A stretch of DNA of 64,000 nucleotides from Oscillospiraceae bacterium (GCA_900768995.1 CAAGEZ010000017.1:22455-86454); one strand, 5' to 3'. Counted from the first letter of the stretch, positions 29,201 to 38,618 are shown. Notes: generated by a model not told the origin, from the letters alone. Numbers and translations are program-made.

Positions 29201-29922
29201 GAGCTGTTCCTGAGGTCGTTGTTATCAAGAACCTTTCCGCATCTGCCCTTGAGGACAGTGTTAAGTATGTTCAGAAGGCAATCAAGAAATCTCAGATAAT
29301 TATGATCCCCGGCGGCTTCTCAGGCGGAGATGAGCCTGACGGTTCAGGTAAATTCATCACTGCATTCTTCCGTAATCCCTCTATCAAGGAAGCTGTTACT
29401 GACCTTCTTGAGAACAGAGACGGACTTATGCTCGGTATATGCAACGGTTTCCAGGCTCTTATCAAGCTGGGACTTGTTCCTTTTGGAAAAATCGTTGATA
29501 TGACCGATGATTCTCCTACACTCACATTCAACACCATTGCAAGACACCAGTCTATGATGGTTTCCACAAGAATCGCTTCCAACAAGTCTCCTTGGCTTGC
29601 AGGCTGCGAGGTTGGCGATATCCACAAGATCGCTATTTCACACGGTGAAGGACGCTTTATTGCATCTCCCGAACTTATCAAGCAGCTTGCTGACAACGGT
29701 CAGATCGCTACTCAGTATGTTGACCTTGACGGTTCTCCCTCTATGGATATCCGCTTCAACCCCAATTCTTCCTTCGATGCAATTGAGGGTATCACATCTC
29801 CCGACGGACGTGTTCTTGGAAAGATGGGTCACAGTGAGCGTATCGGCACTGACATCTGCAAGAATGTTCCCGGCAACAAGGATCAGAAAATATTTGAAAG
29901 CGGCGTAGCTTACTTCAAGTAA
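26215..29922 (+). CDS. purL: Phosphoribosylformylglycinamidine synthase, single-chain large form (fused PurS-like, PurL and PurQ-like domains)
   Basis: Its own ribosome-binding site (AAAGGGGAG) lies 9 nt before ATG 26215. FGAM-synthase motifs are present, with a C-terminal glutamine-amidotransferase domain (GICNGFQAL) and GHSERI near the end. 1235 aa. Confidence 0.9.
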   Translation: MPVYRIYVEKKPEFASSAKTLLSDVKTALRLDSLRSLRVINRYDAENISEENFNYAAGNVFSEPAVDVTYRTLPKLANDERVFAVEYLPGQFDQRADSCEQCIQILTQGERCKVRNARVYITQGTISDDEFEALKKYIINPVESREASLDEVDTLAVKYDIPETVETLTGFITMDDLGLADFVTKYRLAMDFDDLKFCQSYFRDTEKRDPTITEIRMIDTYWSDHCRHTTFSTIIDNANIDADYIRKTYNEYIDARKELGRENKPITLMDIATIAAKKLKKEGILKDLDESEEINACSVKIKVDVDGELQDWLLMFKNETHNHPTEIEPFGGAATCLGGAIRDPLSGRSYVYQAMRVTGASNPLVPVEDTIHGKLPQRKITVGAANGYSSYGNQIGLATGHVAEVYHPGYVAKRLEIGAVVGAAPMENVVREVPEPGDVIILLGGRTGRDGCGGATGSSKSHTEQSLESCGAEVQKGNPPEERKLQRLFRDPEVTHMIKRCNDFGAGGVSVAISELTDGLVIDLNAVPKKYDGLDGTELAISESQERMAVVIRKSDMKKFMAAAAKENLEATKVADVMEEPRLKMKWNGKVIVDLSREFLNSNGAEKHTNVQVPLPITVQPKSYTDCPDSWYTLMTNLNVCSQKGLVERFDSTIGAGTVLMPYGGKYQLTPTQAMAAKIPVLKGQTTTCSLMGWGYNPYVSDKSPYHGAMAAVIESVSKVIAAGGSYKNCWLTFQEYFERTQNNPTRWGKPFAALLGAYKAQIELGCGAIGGKDSMSGTFENIDVPATLVSFAVSTASSKKIISPEFKKAGNKVIYITPDYDENGLPKWDSVRSVFERVEALISEGKALSVWSVGFGGVAEAVAKMSLGNRIGFKFDKKLDKDTLFYSRYGSFVIELDGDPFTAEKVIGTTTDSYTIDCKDYVVDMADLQKSWEDKLEPVFPCNIKTESKPAKIYTYTAHDTVQHASAFAKPKVLIPVFPGTNCEYDTARVFERAGAVPEVVVIKNLSASALEDSVKYVQKAIKKSQIIMIPGGFSGGDEPDGSGKFITAFFRNPSIKEAVTDLLENRDGLMLGICNGFQALIKLGLVPFGKIVDMTDDSPTLTFNTIARHQSMMVSTRIASNKSPWLAGCEVGDIHKIAISHGEGRFIASPELIKQLADNGQIATQYVDLDGSPSMDIRFNPNSSFDAIEGITSPDGRVLGKMGHSERIGTDICKNVPGNKDQKIFESGVAYFK

Positions 29923-29945
29923 TACTGACTTTATAGCAAAACAAC

Positions 29946-29990
29946 AGCGAGCCTTTCTTCATATTGAGGAAAGGCTCGCTGTGTTTATAT
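29946..29990. terminator. Bidirectional rho-independent terminator shared by purL and cotJC.
   Basis: A perfect 12-bp stem (AGCGAGCCTTTC / GAAAGGCTCGCT) with an 11-nt loop, flanked by U-rich sequence on both strands. Confidence 0.75.
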
Positions 29991-30000
29991 TATGCTGACA

Positions 30001-30597
30001 TTATTTGTCAAACTCGGGATTGAATGCATAGAAATTCTTTGAATTAAGATTATCCTGAGTTATGCGGAGAGCTTCGCCAAAACGCTGAAAATGCACAATT
30101 TCCCTTTGTCTGAGGAACTTTATCGGGTCACGGACATCGGGATCATCGGCAAACCTGAGGATATTGTCATAAGTCGTTCGAGCTTTCTGCTCTGCCGCCA
30201 TATCTTCGTGAAGGTCTGTGATAACATCGCCCTTCGACTGGAAATATGCTGCTGTAAACGGCACTCCTGCTGCGGACTGAGGATAGATCCCAAGAGTATG
30301 GGCTACATAATACGAATCCATTCCGCCCGCCTTTATCTGCTCGGGAGTAAGTCCTTTGGTGAGCTGGTATACGATTGCTGAGATCATCTCAACGTGTGCA
30401 AGTTCTTCCGTACCAATATCTGTCATAATCCCCTGCACCTGAGCATAAGGTGCGGTGTATCTCTGACTGAGATATCTCTGAGATGCAGCAAGCTCACCGT
30501 CAGCACCGCCGAGCTGTTCAACTATCATCTTAGCAAGCAGCGGATTTTTATTCTTAATGTTTACGGGATACTGCAAGCGCTTTTCATAAACCCACAT
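30001..30597 (-). CDS. cotJC: Spore coat protein CotJC (manganese-catalase family)
   Basis: Dimetal-catalase motifs (EELAHVEMI and later glutamates), in the third position of a cotJ operon. Confidence 0.9.
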   Translation of the reverse strand: MWVYEKRLQYPVNIKNKNPLLAKMIVEQLGGADGELAASQRYLSQRYTAPYAQVQGIMTDIGTEELAHVEMISAIVYQLTKGLTPEQIKAGGMDSYYVAHTLGIYPQSAAGVPFTAAYFQSKGDVITDLHEDMAAEQKARTTYDNILRFADDPDVRDPIKFLRQREIVHFQRFGEALRITQDNLNSKNFYAFNPEFDK

Positions 30598-30599
30598 AA

Positions 30600-30857
30600 T
30601 CAGTTAGCCTCCTTTTCCCAGGGCCAGGGACCCTTTACCCAGTCGAAAATATTTTCACAGTCCGACTGGAGAGGAGAAATGGGTCCAAAAAGATTTGCAT
30701 ATGCTGCTGCTGTCCGTTCACGGAGCTCCTTGTATTTCCTGAACGCCCTCAGACCGTTGGGACAGGTAGGGTGTGTGTCAAGGTAAAGCTGAAGCTCGTA
30801 TAAATAAAAATCATACATCTGCAATGCATAAAGCAGCTGCCTTTTCTTATTTTCCAT
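30600..30857 (-). CDS. cotJB: Spore coat protein CotJB
   Basis: LYELQLYLDTHP plus the conserved FGP. Confidence 0.85.
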   Translation of the reverse strand: MENKKRQLLYALQMYDFYLYELQLYLDTHPTCPNGLRAFRKYKELRERTAAAYANLFGPISPLQSDCENIFDWVKGPWPWEKEAN

Positions 30858-31062
30858 ATGTCTGCACCCCTTCCCTGCCTAAAAAAGGAAGATCAAGACT
30901 TGGGAAAATAGTACCCTTGGCAAGAGCTGTATTTTCAGCATAAGTCTCATCCCAACTCTGATACGGCACATAAGCCATAGCAAGAGGCATATTTTCGGGT
31001 AACCGTCTTTTAGGAACCGTCAGTTCCTCAGCAGAGCATTTTGAATATGAGTTATTGTTCAT
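30847..31062 (-). CDS. cotJA: Spore coat-associated protein CotJA
   Basis: AMAYVPYQSWDETY is the CotJA signature. Confidence 0.8.
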   Translation of the reverse strand: MNNNSYSKCSAEELTVPKRRLPENMPLAMAYVPYQSWDETYAENTALAKGTIFPSLDLPFLGREGVQTYGK

Positions 31063-31196
31063 AGCCTGCTCCTTTCAAAAAATTATGAGCATATAAGCTC
31101 ATTAATATCATATTCAGAAAGCTCCAGAATGTCACTGTGTCCATAAATGAAAAGTCGCCGCAGATATTGCTCCGCAGCGGCTATGTATGATTTACT

Positions 31197-31730
31197 TTAT
31201 TCTCTGAACGTTTCAAGCAAAATATTAAACAGTATCAGATAAATGCTGTCCGAGCAGACCGCACATATGATTCCTCCGATAATGACCGAAAGTCTGCTTT
31301 TGGTATTTTTCACCCTGTTTACTTTTATCTCCGGCGCCAAAACAAATATTGCAGCAGTAGCGGCAATATGAAAAATGATTCCGATAATAACCCACCATAC
31401 CGCAGTGTATCTGAAAATGGAGTAAAGGAAAATACAGCCCACCATACCGATTATATTTATGATAAGATGAACCGGCACGGATATATCTCTGCTCAGCGCC
31501 TTAGTTCCGATGTAGCAGGCAGGGAATGTAACAGCTGCTGCAAGAGCCGCAAGGAAAAGAGTGCTTCCTATATTTGACGCAAAGAAAAGGGAGTAAAACT
31601 CCATCGGAAAAATAAACCAGAGTATGACCCATAGAAGTGCGGCCGCTGCACAGACAATGGCTGCGATACCTTTTCTTTTCAAAGTAAAATATCTTTCTTT
31701 TTTCTCGTTTTCATTCATTTTAATGTACAT
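31197..31730 (-). CDS. Hypothetical polytopic membrane protein
   Basis: 177 aa with five or six hydrophobic helices. I could not recognise a family. Confidence 0.5.
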   Translation of the reverse strand: MYIKMNENEKKERYFTLKRKGIAAIVCAAAALLWVILWFIFPMEFYSLFFASNIGSTLFLAALAAAVTFPACYIGTKALSRDISVPVHLIINIIGMVGCIFLYSIFRYTAVWWVIIGIIFHIAATAAIFVLAPEIKVNRVKNTKSRLSVIIGGIICAVCSDSIYLILFNILLETFRE

Positions 31731-32035
31731 ATCCTTTCGGAGTGATATGAGAATATTTTATCATAATATCTCATTTAAGTCAACTGTATTTTTATTTGAA
31801 ATCGTCAATTTTAGCTCAATATATTTATACTGCTAAATATGTTTAAACACGTTAAACGTTTAAGAATCGCAAAAAATAAATGTTCATATTTTATTATCAC
31901 AAATACTGTTGAAAACCTTTTTATATGATGTAAAATAACTGTCAGTGCCTGAAAAAAGCAAGGAGGTTTTCGGGCTTAACGGAACGTAAAATACAGCTTG
32001 AAAAAGTCTTTACAAAAAAGGGGGAACAGTTAAAT

Positions 32036-33778
32036 ATGTTTCAGATCAAATGGCTATGGGAAAATCTGAAAGGCTACCGTGCGGTGTATGTGCTTGCGCT
32101 CTGCCTGACCGTTGTGTGTCAGTCAATGTACATCATAACCCCGCATTACAGCAGCAGGATAGTCGATGAATACATCTACGGAGAACACGCTGCCGAAAAT
32201 CTTTCATCAAATCCCAACGGACTCATTGCGCTTGTTATAGCAATGATAGGCTTCACACTTCTGCGGACGATCATTACATACACCTCTGGAATATGCTACG
32301 AAAAAGCATCTCAGGGAATAATCTACAAGGTCCGCAACTATCTTTTCGCCAATGTTCAGAGACAGGACGCAGACTTCTTTGACAAAAACCGCACAGGCGA
32401 CCTTATGACCCGTCTCAGCGGCGACCTTGATATGGTCCGTCACTCCATTGCCTGGATAATCAAATCAATACTTGAATGCTTCATACTTTATACGGCATCT
32501 GTTGTATTTTTCTTTTCAATAGACTGGCTTATGGCACTGTGTATGATAGCTCTTACCCCTGTGATATTTGCAATTACAATGGCTTTCAGGAAGGTCATCG
32601 GTCCAAAATACGTTGAACAGAGAGACAGGCTTTCGGAAATGAACACGGGCGCTGAGGAAAATATTTCGGGAAACCGTGTTGTTAAGGCTTTTGCACGTGA
32701 GGATTACGAGGAAGCAAAATTTGACGCTCAGAACAAAAAATATTCCGACGCAAACAAAGCCGCTTCCCTGCTCTGGCTGAAATTCTTCCCATACATCGAA
32801 GTCACAGCTCAGGGACTTTCCGTTGTACAGATCCTCGCAGGCGGACTTTTCGTTATAAGCGGAAGAATTACCGTGGGCGAATACACCGCATTTTCGGGAC
32901 TTATCTGGACAATGTCCAACCCTATGAGAATGCTTGGAAATATCGTGAACGATCTTCAGAGATTCGTTGCTTCGCTCAATAAAATTATCGAGATATACTA
33001 TTCCCGTCCCCTTATCGTTGACCGTGCGGACGCTGTGGATAAGAGCGAACGCTTTGATGGCTCTGTTGAGTTTGACAATGTAACGTTTTCCTACAACAAA
33101 AAAAATCCCGTGCTGAAAGACATCTCATTCAAGATAAAGCCCGGGGAGACTGTTGCTATAATGGGTCCCACAGGTTCGGGAAAGACCACGCTTATAAATC
33201 TTATCTCCCGAATGTACGATGTCGACAGCGGAAAGGTAATGGTTGACGGAGAGAATGTACGTATGCTGAAGCTCAGTCAGCTGAGAAGAAATATCGGCGT
33301 TGCATCTCAAGACGTGCTCCTTTTCTCGGACACCATTGAGGGAAACATCGCTTTCGGTAACAGCTCAATGTCCGATGATGATGTGCACAAATATGCATCT
33401 CTCGCAGCGGCTGATGATTTTATCCGCAAGACCTCCGACAGCTATGACACCATAATCGGTGAAAGAGGCGTGGGACTTTCAGGCGGTCAGAAGCAGAGAA
33501 TATCTCTTGCAAGAGCGTTGGCTGTAAAGCCCTCCGTGCTTATCCTTGATGACACAACATCGGCTGTGGATATGGAGACGGAAAAGTACATTCAGAACAG
33601 TCTCAGAAATCTTGATTTCAAGTGCACCAAAATAATCATTGCTCAGCGAATCTCCTCCACAAAGGACGCTGACAAGATAATCGTTCTCCGAAACGGCACT
33701 ATTGAGGACATCGGAACTCACGATGAACTCATCAGCCGTAAGGGATATTACAGAGAGGTCTATGACCTCCAGACCTGA
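32036..33778 (+). CDS. ABC exporter, fused permease and ATPase (type I exporter, subunit 1 of a heterodimer)
   Basis: An N-terminal six-helix transmembrane domain, then Walker A (GPTGSGKTT), the signature LSGGQKQR, and Walker B ILDD. Confidence 0.9.
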   Translation: MFQIKWLWENLKGYRAVYVLALCLTVVCQSMYIITPHYSSRIVDEYIYGEHAAENLSSNPNGLIALVIAMIGFTLLRTIITYTSGICYEKASQGIIYKVRNYLFANVQRQDADFFDKNRTGDLMTRLSGDLDMVRHSIAWIIKSILECFILYTASVVFFFSIDWLMALCMIALTPVIFAITMAFRKVIGPKYVEQRDRLSEMNTGAEENISGNRVVKAFAREDYEEAKFDAQNKKYSDANKAASLLWLKFFPYIEVTAQGLSVVQILAGGLFVISGRITVGEYTAFSGLIWTMSNPMRMLGNIVNDLQRFVASLNKIIEIYYSRPLIVDRADAVDKSERFDGSVEFDNVTFSYNKKNPVLKDISFKIKPGETVAIMGPTGSGKTTLINLISRMYDVDSGKVMVDGENVRMLKLSQLRRNIGVASQDVLLFSDTIEGNIAFGNSSMSDDDVHKYASLAAADDFIRKTSDSYDTIIGERGVGLSGGQKQRISLARALAVKPSVLILDDTTSAVDMETEKYIQNSLRNLDFKCTKIIIAQRISSTKDADKIIVLRNGTIEDIGTHDELISRKGYYREVYDLQT

Positions 33779-33796
33779 CAAAAGGGAGTGATATAA

Positions 33797-35569
33797 ATGG
33801 CAAGAAACAAATTTGATGTTGATGAAGAGCTTGAAAGCCCTTTTGACATACGACACTTTAAACGTGCCCTGAAATATGTTGCCCGCTATAAAAAGCAGGT
33901 AATCATTTCAATGATACTCAGTATTTTTGCGGCAGTCATCGGTCTGTTTGCTCCTCTCATAACCCAGAGGGCACTTGACGTGACCATTCCCGCAGGAAAC
34001 AAGACGGAGCTTATCATACTTTCAGTGCTGCTTCTCCTGTCAATAATCATAAGCGTGGAATTTTCCGCAGTGCGTGCAAGAATTATGACAAAGGCAGGTC
34101 AGGATATGGTTTACGATATCCGAAAAGACCTCTTTGAGCACCTCCAGCAGCTCCCATTTGAGTATTATGACACCCGTCCCCACGGAAAGATACTTACCCG
34201 TGTCATAAACTATGTAAACAGCGTTTCCGACCTGCTCACAAACGGACTTATCACCTTTGTTCTCGAGCTTTTCAATATTCTTTTCATAATCGTTTTTATG
34301 TTCATCGTATGCTGGCAGCTTGCCCTTGTTGTGCTTGCGGGAATGCCCCTTTTCATTCTGTTTATGTTTGCCATAAAAAAGGCTCAGAGAAGAGCCTGGC
34401 AGGGAGTTTCAAACAAGTCATCAAACCTTAATGCATATCTCCACGAGGGTCTTGTGGGCGTAAGCATTACTCAGAGCTTTGACCGTGAAAAGGAAAACGA
34501 GGAGATCTTTGACAGGCTTTCCGTTGAATATCGCAAGGCGTGGATGAAAGCAATATATTTTTCCAACGCTGTATGGCCCGTTGCAGACAATATTTCCATT
34601 TGGGTAAACGGTGCTATATACCTTGTAGGTCTCCTTGCACTCGGCCCCGCAGCAGGCATTACGGTAGGTACTATCGTTGCGATGACAGGCTATTCGGGAC
34701 GTTTCTGGCAGCCTATTATGAACCTTTCAAACCTCTACAACACCTTTGTTAACACGATCGCATATCTTGAAAGAATTTTCGAGACAATGGATGAGCCTGT
34801 TACCGTTGCCGACAAGGAAAATGCCACAGAGATGCCCAGGATAAAGGGCGATGTTTCCTTTAAAAATGTCACATTCGGATATGAAAACAGTGTTAACGTT
34901 CTTGAAAATCTTTCCTTTGATGTAAAGGCAGGACAGAGCGTTGCACTTGTAGGACCTACGGGTGCGGGAAAGACCACTATTGTTAATCTCATATCGAGAT
35001 TTTACAATTTAAACGGCGGTCAGGTGCTTATTGACGGTCAGGATATTTCCGATGTTACCCTTAAATCGCTCCGTTCGCAGATGGGCATAATGCTCCAGGA
35101 CAGCGTTATTTTCAGCGGAACTATCCGTGATAATATCCGCTATAGCAGACTTGATGCCACCGATGAGGAGATCCGTGCCGCCTGCAAGATCGTTGGCGCA
35201 GATGAGTTTATAAACGAGATGCCCAAGGGTTATGACACTATTGTCAAGGAACGTGGTTCTTCACTTTCTCAGGGTCAGAAGCAGATGATAGCCTTTGCAA
35301 GAACTATTCTTGCAGACCCGAAGATATTGGTTCTTGACGAAGCCACATCTTCCATTGATGCTAAGACCGAAAGATATATCCAGCAGGGCATTGACCACCT
35401 GCTCAAAGGCAGAACTTCATTCATCATTGCCCACCGCCTTTCCACCATAAGAAGCTGCGACAAGATAATGTATATCTCCGACAAGGGCATTGCAGAGTCG
35501 GGAACACACGACGAGCTTATGGCTAAAAAGGGCCTTTACTACAAGCTTTGTATGGCACAGTCACTTTGA
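33797..35569 (+). CDS. ABC exporter, fused permease and ATPase (subunit 2 of a heterodimer)
   Basis: Same architecture as subunit 1 (GPTGAGKTT, LSQGQKQM, LDEATS), lying 19 nt downstream of it. Confidence 0.9.
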   Translation: MARNKFDVDEELESPFDIRHFKRALKYVARYKKQVIISMILSIFAAVIGLFAPLITQRALDVTIPAGNKTELIILSVLLLLSIIISVEFSAVRARIMTKAGQDMVYDIRKDLFEHLQQLPFEYYDTRPHGKILTRVINYVNSVSDLLTNGLITFVLELFNILFIIVFMFIVCWQLALVVLAGMPLFILFMFAIKKAQRRAWQGVSNKSSNLNAYLHEGLVGVSITQSFDREKENEEIFDRLSVEYRKAWMKAIYFSNAVWPVADNISIWVNGAIYLVGLLALGPAAGITVGTIVAMTGYSGRFWQPIMNLSNLYNTFVNTIAYLERIFETMDEPVTVADKENATEMPRIKGDVSFKNVTFGYENSVNVLENLSFDVKAGQSVALVGPTGAGKTTIVNLISRFYNLNGGQVLIDGQDISDVTLKSLRSQMGIMLQDSVIFSGTIRDNIRYSRLDATDEEIRAACKIVGADEFINEMPKGYDTIVKERGSSLSQGQKQMIAFARTILADPKILVLDEATSSIDAKTERYIQQGIDHLLKGRTSFIIAHRLSTIRSCDKIMYISDKGIAESGTHDELMAKKGLYYKLCMAQSL

Positions 35570-35576
35570 TATTCTG

Positions 35577-35606
35577 AGCTGCGGAGAAAAATCCGCAGCT
35601 TTTTTA
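35577..35606 (+). terminator. Rho-independent terminator after the ABC pair.
   Basis: AGCTGCGGA gaaaaa TCCGCAGCT followed by TTTTT. Confidence 0.8.
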
Positions 35607-35647
35607 CATAAATTAGTTATTTGCACCAAAAACGTAATATTTTGTTA

Positions 35648-35676
35648 TTGAACATTGGTCAACAATATGATATAAT
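35648..35676 (+). promoter_or_regulatory. Sigma-A-type promoter TTGAAC, 17 nt, TATAAT, upstream of the GGDEF gene.
   Basis: Hexamers read directly. The ribosome-binding site is GGGAGG at 35698. Confidence 0.5.
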
Positions 35677-35711
35677 AAAAGAAAAAATGGTGCTTTAAGG
35701 GAGGCATATAT

Positions 35712-37631
35712 ATGAGACGTAAATGCATTGCTGTCTGCGTGACAGGCTATAACTGGGAATACGAGACAAGAGTTGTAAAAGGCATCAATGAAAAATGCGC
35801 CGAGCTTGACATAAATACCCTTATTTTCGCAACGCTTATAAAGCGGCCTCCACTTAATGTTGACCGCAAGCTGCCCGAAAGCGTCATAAGGGGCGAGTCG
35901 GAAATATTCAATCTCATAAACTATGACCTTATCGACGGCATAATTATTCTCGGTGATTCCATAATTTCTGAAAATATCATTGATGATATAACCGAAAAAG
36001 CGGCGCAGAAGAATATCCCTGTGGTCAATGTAAATGACCCGAAGCATAAGCTTTACAGGAATATTATCCTCAGTGACAAGACGGCTATGGAGTTTGTTAT
36101 GCGTCATCTTATCGATGTGCATCATCTTACAAAGATAAACTTCATCGGCGGTTTCCCCGGAAATTTGCAGACCGAAGAACGCCTTGCGGCATATAAAAAA
36201 GTCCTTTCGGAGCACAATATTCCCATTGAAGAGAGTAGGATAGCATACGGCGAATTCTGGACAAAAGCGGCAAAATGCACCGAAGAGTTTATGACATCGG
36301 ATGATAAGCCCGAAGCCATTGCCTGCGCCAGCGACACTATGGCGATCTTTGCAATGGACTATCTACAGAACAACGGTTATAAGATACCCGAAGATATTAT
36401 CGTTACTGGCTTTGACGGCATTGAGGACTGCGAGCGCTACTCTCCTACCCTTACGTCTGTCCGCAGGGGTTTTGTATCTGCGGGAAAAAGGGCTGTTGAG
36501 ATCATCGCAGATATCTGTAACGGCAAGCCCACTGATGAAACATACGAAATCGATTCCGAGCTTATACTAATGCAGAGCTGTGGCTGTGTTCCGAAAAATG
36601 AAAAGCATATTTTTGATTATTCGGGCGAAAAATACGGAATTGAAAACTCTGACCTTGAATTTCGCTCATACATACACGATATGAATACCGATTTTGCGGC
36701 GGTAACAAATCCCGAAGAGCTGTTTTATGCCGCAAAGCAGAGTGCGGAATATTTCAAGCTCAAAAAGCTTTTCATATGCCTGTGCTCCAATATCGAACGT
36801 GACACAAACAAGCTTGACAAGGATAATCTTATTTCCGATTTCAAGGGTATTTCCGACACAATGGTCAATATGTTCAGCTTTGGAAGCGATGTGCCCATAG
36901 AGTACAAATTTCCTGCATCACAGCTTGTTCCCGAGGATATTTTAAGTGGTGACAAGCCCGTTGTATTTGCCTTTTCTCCCCTTTATTTCAAGGACACATT
37001 CCTTGGATATCTGGCATATGAGCCTTCCTGCTTCAAGGGCAGAGGAGAGAATTTTGCGACTTGGATAATGACCCTTTCCAACAACACAGGCAGCTTTTAT
37101 ATGAACAAAAAGCTGGAGCTTGTGGTGGAGCAGCTTGAAAGTCTTTACGTGAGAGACCCCCTCACAGGGCTTTACAACAGGCGTGGTATGGCAAGATACG
37201 GCAAAGAGCTGCTTGATAAGGCGAAAAAAGCAGATTCCTGCCTGACGGTCGTATGCTCGGATATCGATAATCTTAAACCTATCAATGATCTTTACGGCCA
37301 CGAAGCGGGAGACAATGCAATTATGCAGACTGCAAAGGCTATTTCATCTGCAATGCCTGCAAGTGCGGTATGTGTGAGAACGGGCGGAGATGAATTCTGT
37401 ACTGTGCTCGACTGCTGCTCGGACGATAAAATAAAATGCATCATTGAAAAAATCGACAAAATTCTTGATGACTACAATAACACAAGCAGTCTTCCCTATA
37501 AGATAGGATGCAGCTGCGGTTCATATTCAATGAAAGCAAGGGAGACTGAATCGGTGGAAAAAATAGCCGCATTTGCCGATGAAGAGATGTACAAGGTCAA
37601 AACAAGAAAAAAGGCTATGAGAAAAATGTAA
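35712..37631 (+). CDS. Cytoplasmic diguanylate cyclase with an N-terminal LacI-type periplasmic-binding-protein-fold sensor domain and no DNA-binding HTH.
   Basis: The N-terminal roughly 300 aa resemble a LacI/RbsB-type ligand-binding domain (IAVCVTGYNWEYE, VVNVND, GFPGNLQTEERLAAYKK, TGFDGIED). The C-terminus is a GGDEF domain (RDPLTGLYNRRG, RTGGDEFCTV). No transmembrane segment is predicted. Confidence 0.75.
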   Translation: MRRKCIAVCVTGYNWEYETRVVKGINEKCAELDINTLIFATLIKRPPLNVDRKLPESVIRGESEIFNLINYDLIDGIIILGDSIISENIIDDITEKAAQKNIPVVNVNDPKHKLYRNIILSDKTAMEFVMRHLIDVHHLTKINFIGGFPGNLQTEERLAAYKKVLSEHNIPIEESRIAYGEFWTKAAKCTEEFMTSDDKPEAIACASDTMAIFAMDYLQNNGYKIPEDIIVTGFDGIEDCERYSPTLTSVRRGFVSAGKRAVEIIADICNGKPTDETYEIDSELILMQSCGCVPKNEKHIFDYSGEKYGIENSDLEFRSYIHDMNTDFAAVTNPEELFYAAKQSAEYFKLKKLFICLCSNIERDTNKLDKDNLISDFKGISDTMVNMFSFGSDVPIEYKFPASQLVPEDILSGDKPVVFAFSPLYFKDTFLGYLAYEPSCFKGRGENFATWIMTLSNNTGSFYMNKKLELVVEQLESLYVRDPLTGLYNRRGMARYGKELLDKAKKADSCLTVVCSDIDNLKPINDLYGHEAGDNAIMQTAKAISSAMPASAVCVRTGGDEFCTVLDCCSDDKIKCIIEKIDKILDDYNNTSSLPYKIGCSCGSYSMKARETESVEKIAAFADEEMYKVKTRKKAMRKM

Positions 37632-37674
37632 TGGCTTTTGCCGTAAGGAGGCGGTCTGACTGAGATATGCGGTT

Positions 37675-38484
37675 TTGTGCACGGCGCTGGGAATTGCTTT
37701 CGCAGTCAGCACCGCTTCATACATATACGTGACCCGTGACGGCGAGTATAGGGCTGATATCAATGAAAGGCTCATTTATGCCGAGCTTGAAGCGGATATG
37801 CACAGGCGTTTCGGCGGTTACAGCATTGAAGAGCTTTGCGAAGGCTATGCCCCTCCGAAATCATTCCTCGGGCAGACCGAGATACATATGACCGTGCTTA
37901 ATCAATACCCGGAGCTGCCTGTGGGCTGCGAGATAACCTGTGCGGCGGCTATGCTGGATTTTTTCGGGTATTCTATTGACAAATGCGACCTTGCGGACAA
38001 TTATCTGCCGAAAGACAGCGAATTTACGGAAAAGGACGGTGTGCTTTACGGTCCCGACCCGAAAAAGGTCTTTGTGGGAGACCCATACGGCAAGGGATAC
38101 GGCTGCTATGAAGATGTTATTGCAAATGTGCTGAACGATTATTTTTCCTCCCACGGCTCCGAAAACAAGGCTGTGATACTTGAGGACGCAAGCTCTGCTG
38201 ACCTTGAAAGACTTCTTGACGGCGGCGTTCCCATAATCGTGTGGGCATCGATCGATATGAAGCCGTACAAATACAACGCTGTTTCAGAGTGGCAGACCCG
38301 TGACGGCGACACTGTTATGTGGCTCAGCAATTCCCACACGCTGATACTGACAGGCTATGACGCTTCATATTACTACTTTATGGACTGTTCTGACAAGTCG
38401 GAGATACAGCGTTATCCCAAGGAAACATTCCTCAGCAGGTGGAAAGAAAACGGCAAACAGAGCGTTACGGTGAAGATACGGTGA
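37675..38484 (+). CDS. Peptidase C39-like (papain-fold, YvpB-type) protein
   Basis: A catalytic Cys region GCEITCAAAMLDF and a His region SNSHTLILTGYD, behind an N-terminal hydrophobic segment. The start is probably TTG at 37675, or CTG at 37660. It is likely co-transcribed with the GGDEF gene. Confidence 0.6.
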   Translation: MCTALGIAFAVSTASYIYVTRDGEYRADINERLIYAELEADMHRRFGGYSIEELCEGYAPPKSFLGQTEIHMTVLNQYPELPVGCEITCAAAMLDFFGYSIDKCDLADNYLPKDSEFTEKDGVLYGPDPKKVFVGDPYGKGYGCYEDVIANVLNDYFSSHGSENKAVILEDASSADLERLLDGGVPIIVWASIDMKPYKYNAVSEWQTRDGDTVMWLSNSHTLILTGYDASYYYFMDCSDKSEIQRYPKETFLSRWKENGKQSVTVKIR

Positions 38485-38501
38485 AAAATCCTGTAAAGCT
38501 A

Positions 38502-38530
38502 TTGCATTTTTTCGCCTAAAGTGGTATAAT
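38502..38530 (+). promoter_or_regulatory. Sigma-A-type promoter TTGCAT, 17 nt, TATAAT, upstream of the COG0523 gene.
   Basis: Hexamers read directly. Confidence 0.5.
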
Positions 38531-38546
38531 TATATATTGCAGGAAA

Positions 38547-38595
38547 TTATCTGCATAATATGATAAAGGTCGGAAGCTTTATTCTATAAGCTTCC
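38547..38595 (+). promoter_or_regulatory. Two operator-like elements in the COG0523 leader: an imperfect palindrome TTATCTGCATAATATGATAA, and a perfect 8-bp inverted repeat GGAAGCTT-N8-AAGCTTCC.
   Basis: Read directly. Both lie between the -10 element and the ribosome-binding site. The TTATC...GATAA arms resemble a Fur/Zur-family half-site. Confidence 0.35.
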
Positions 38596-38618
38596 ATAAA
38601 TAGAAAGGAATGTTAACT

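Noticed and set aside
25360-29832. Many 60-230-aa ORFs on the minus strand inside the mtaB/purL region (for example 26281-26898 and 27016-27702).
   Set aside because: They are antisense to a strongly supported 1235-aa purL reading frame. They have no ribosome-binding sites and no recognisable motifs, and they come from GC-rich codon third positions.
35613-36215. 200-aa minus-strand ORF opposite the start of the LacI-GGDEF gene.
   Set aside because: It is antisense to a well-supported CDS and to its promoter, and it has no homology signal.
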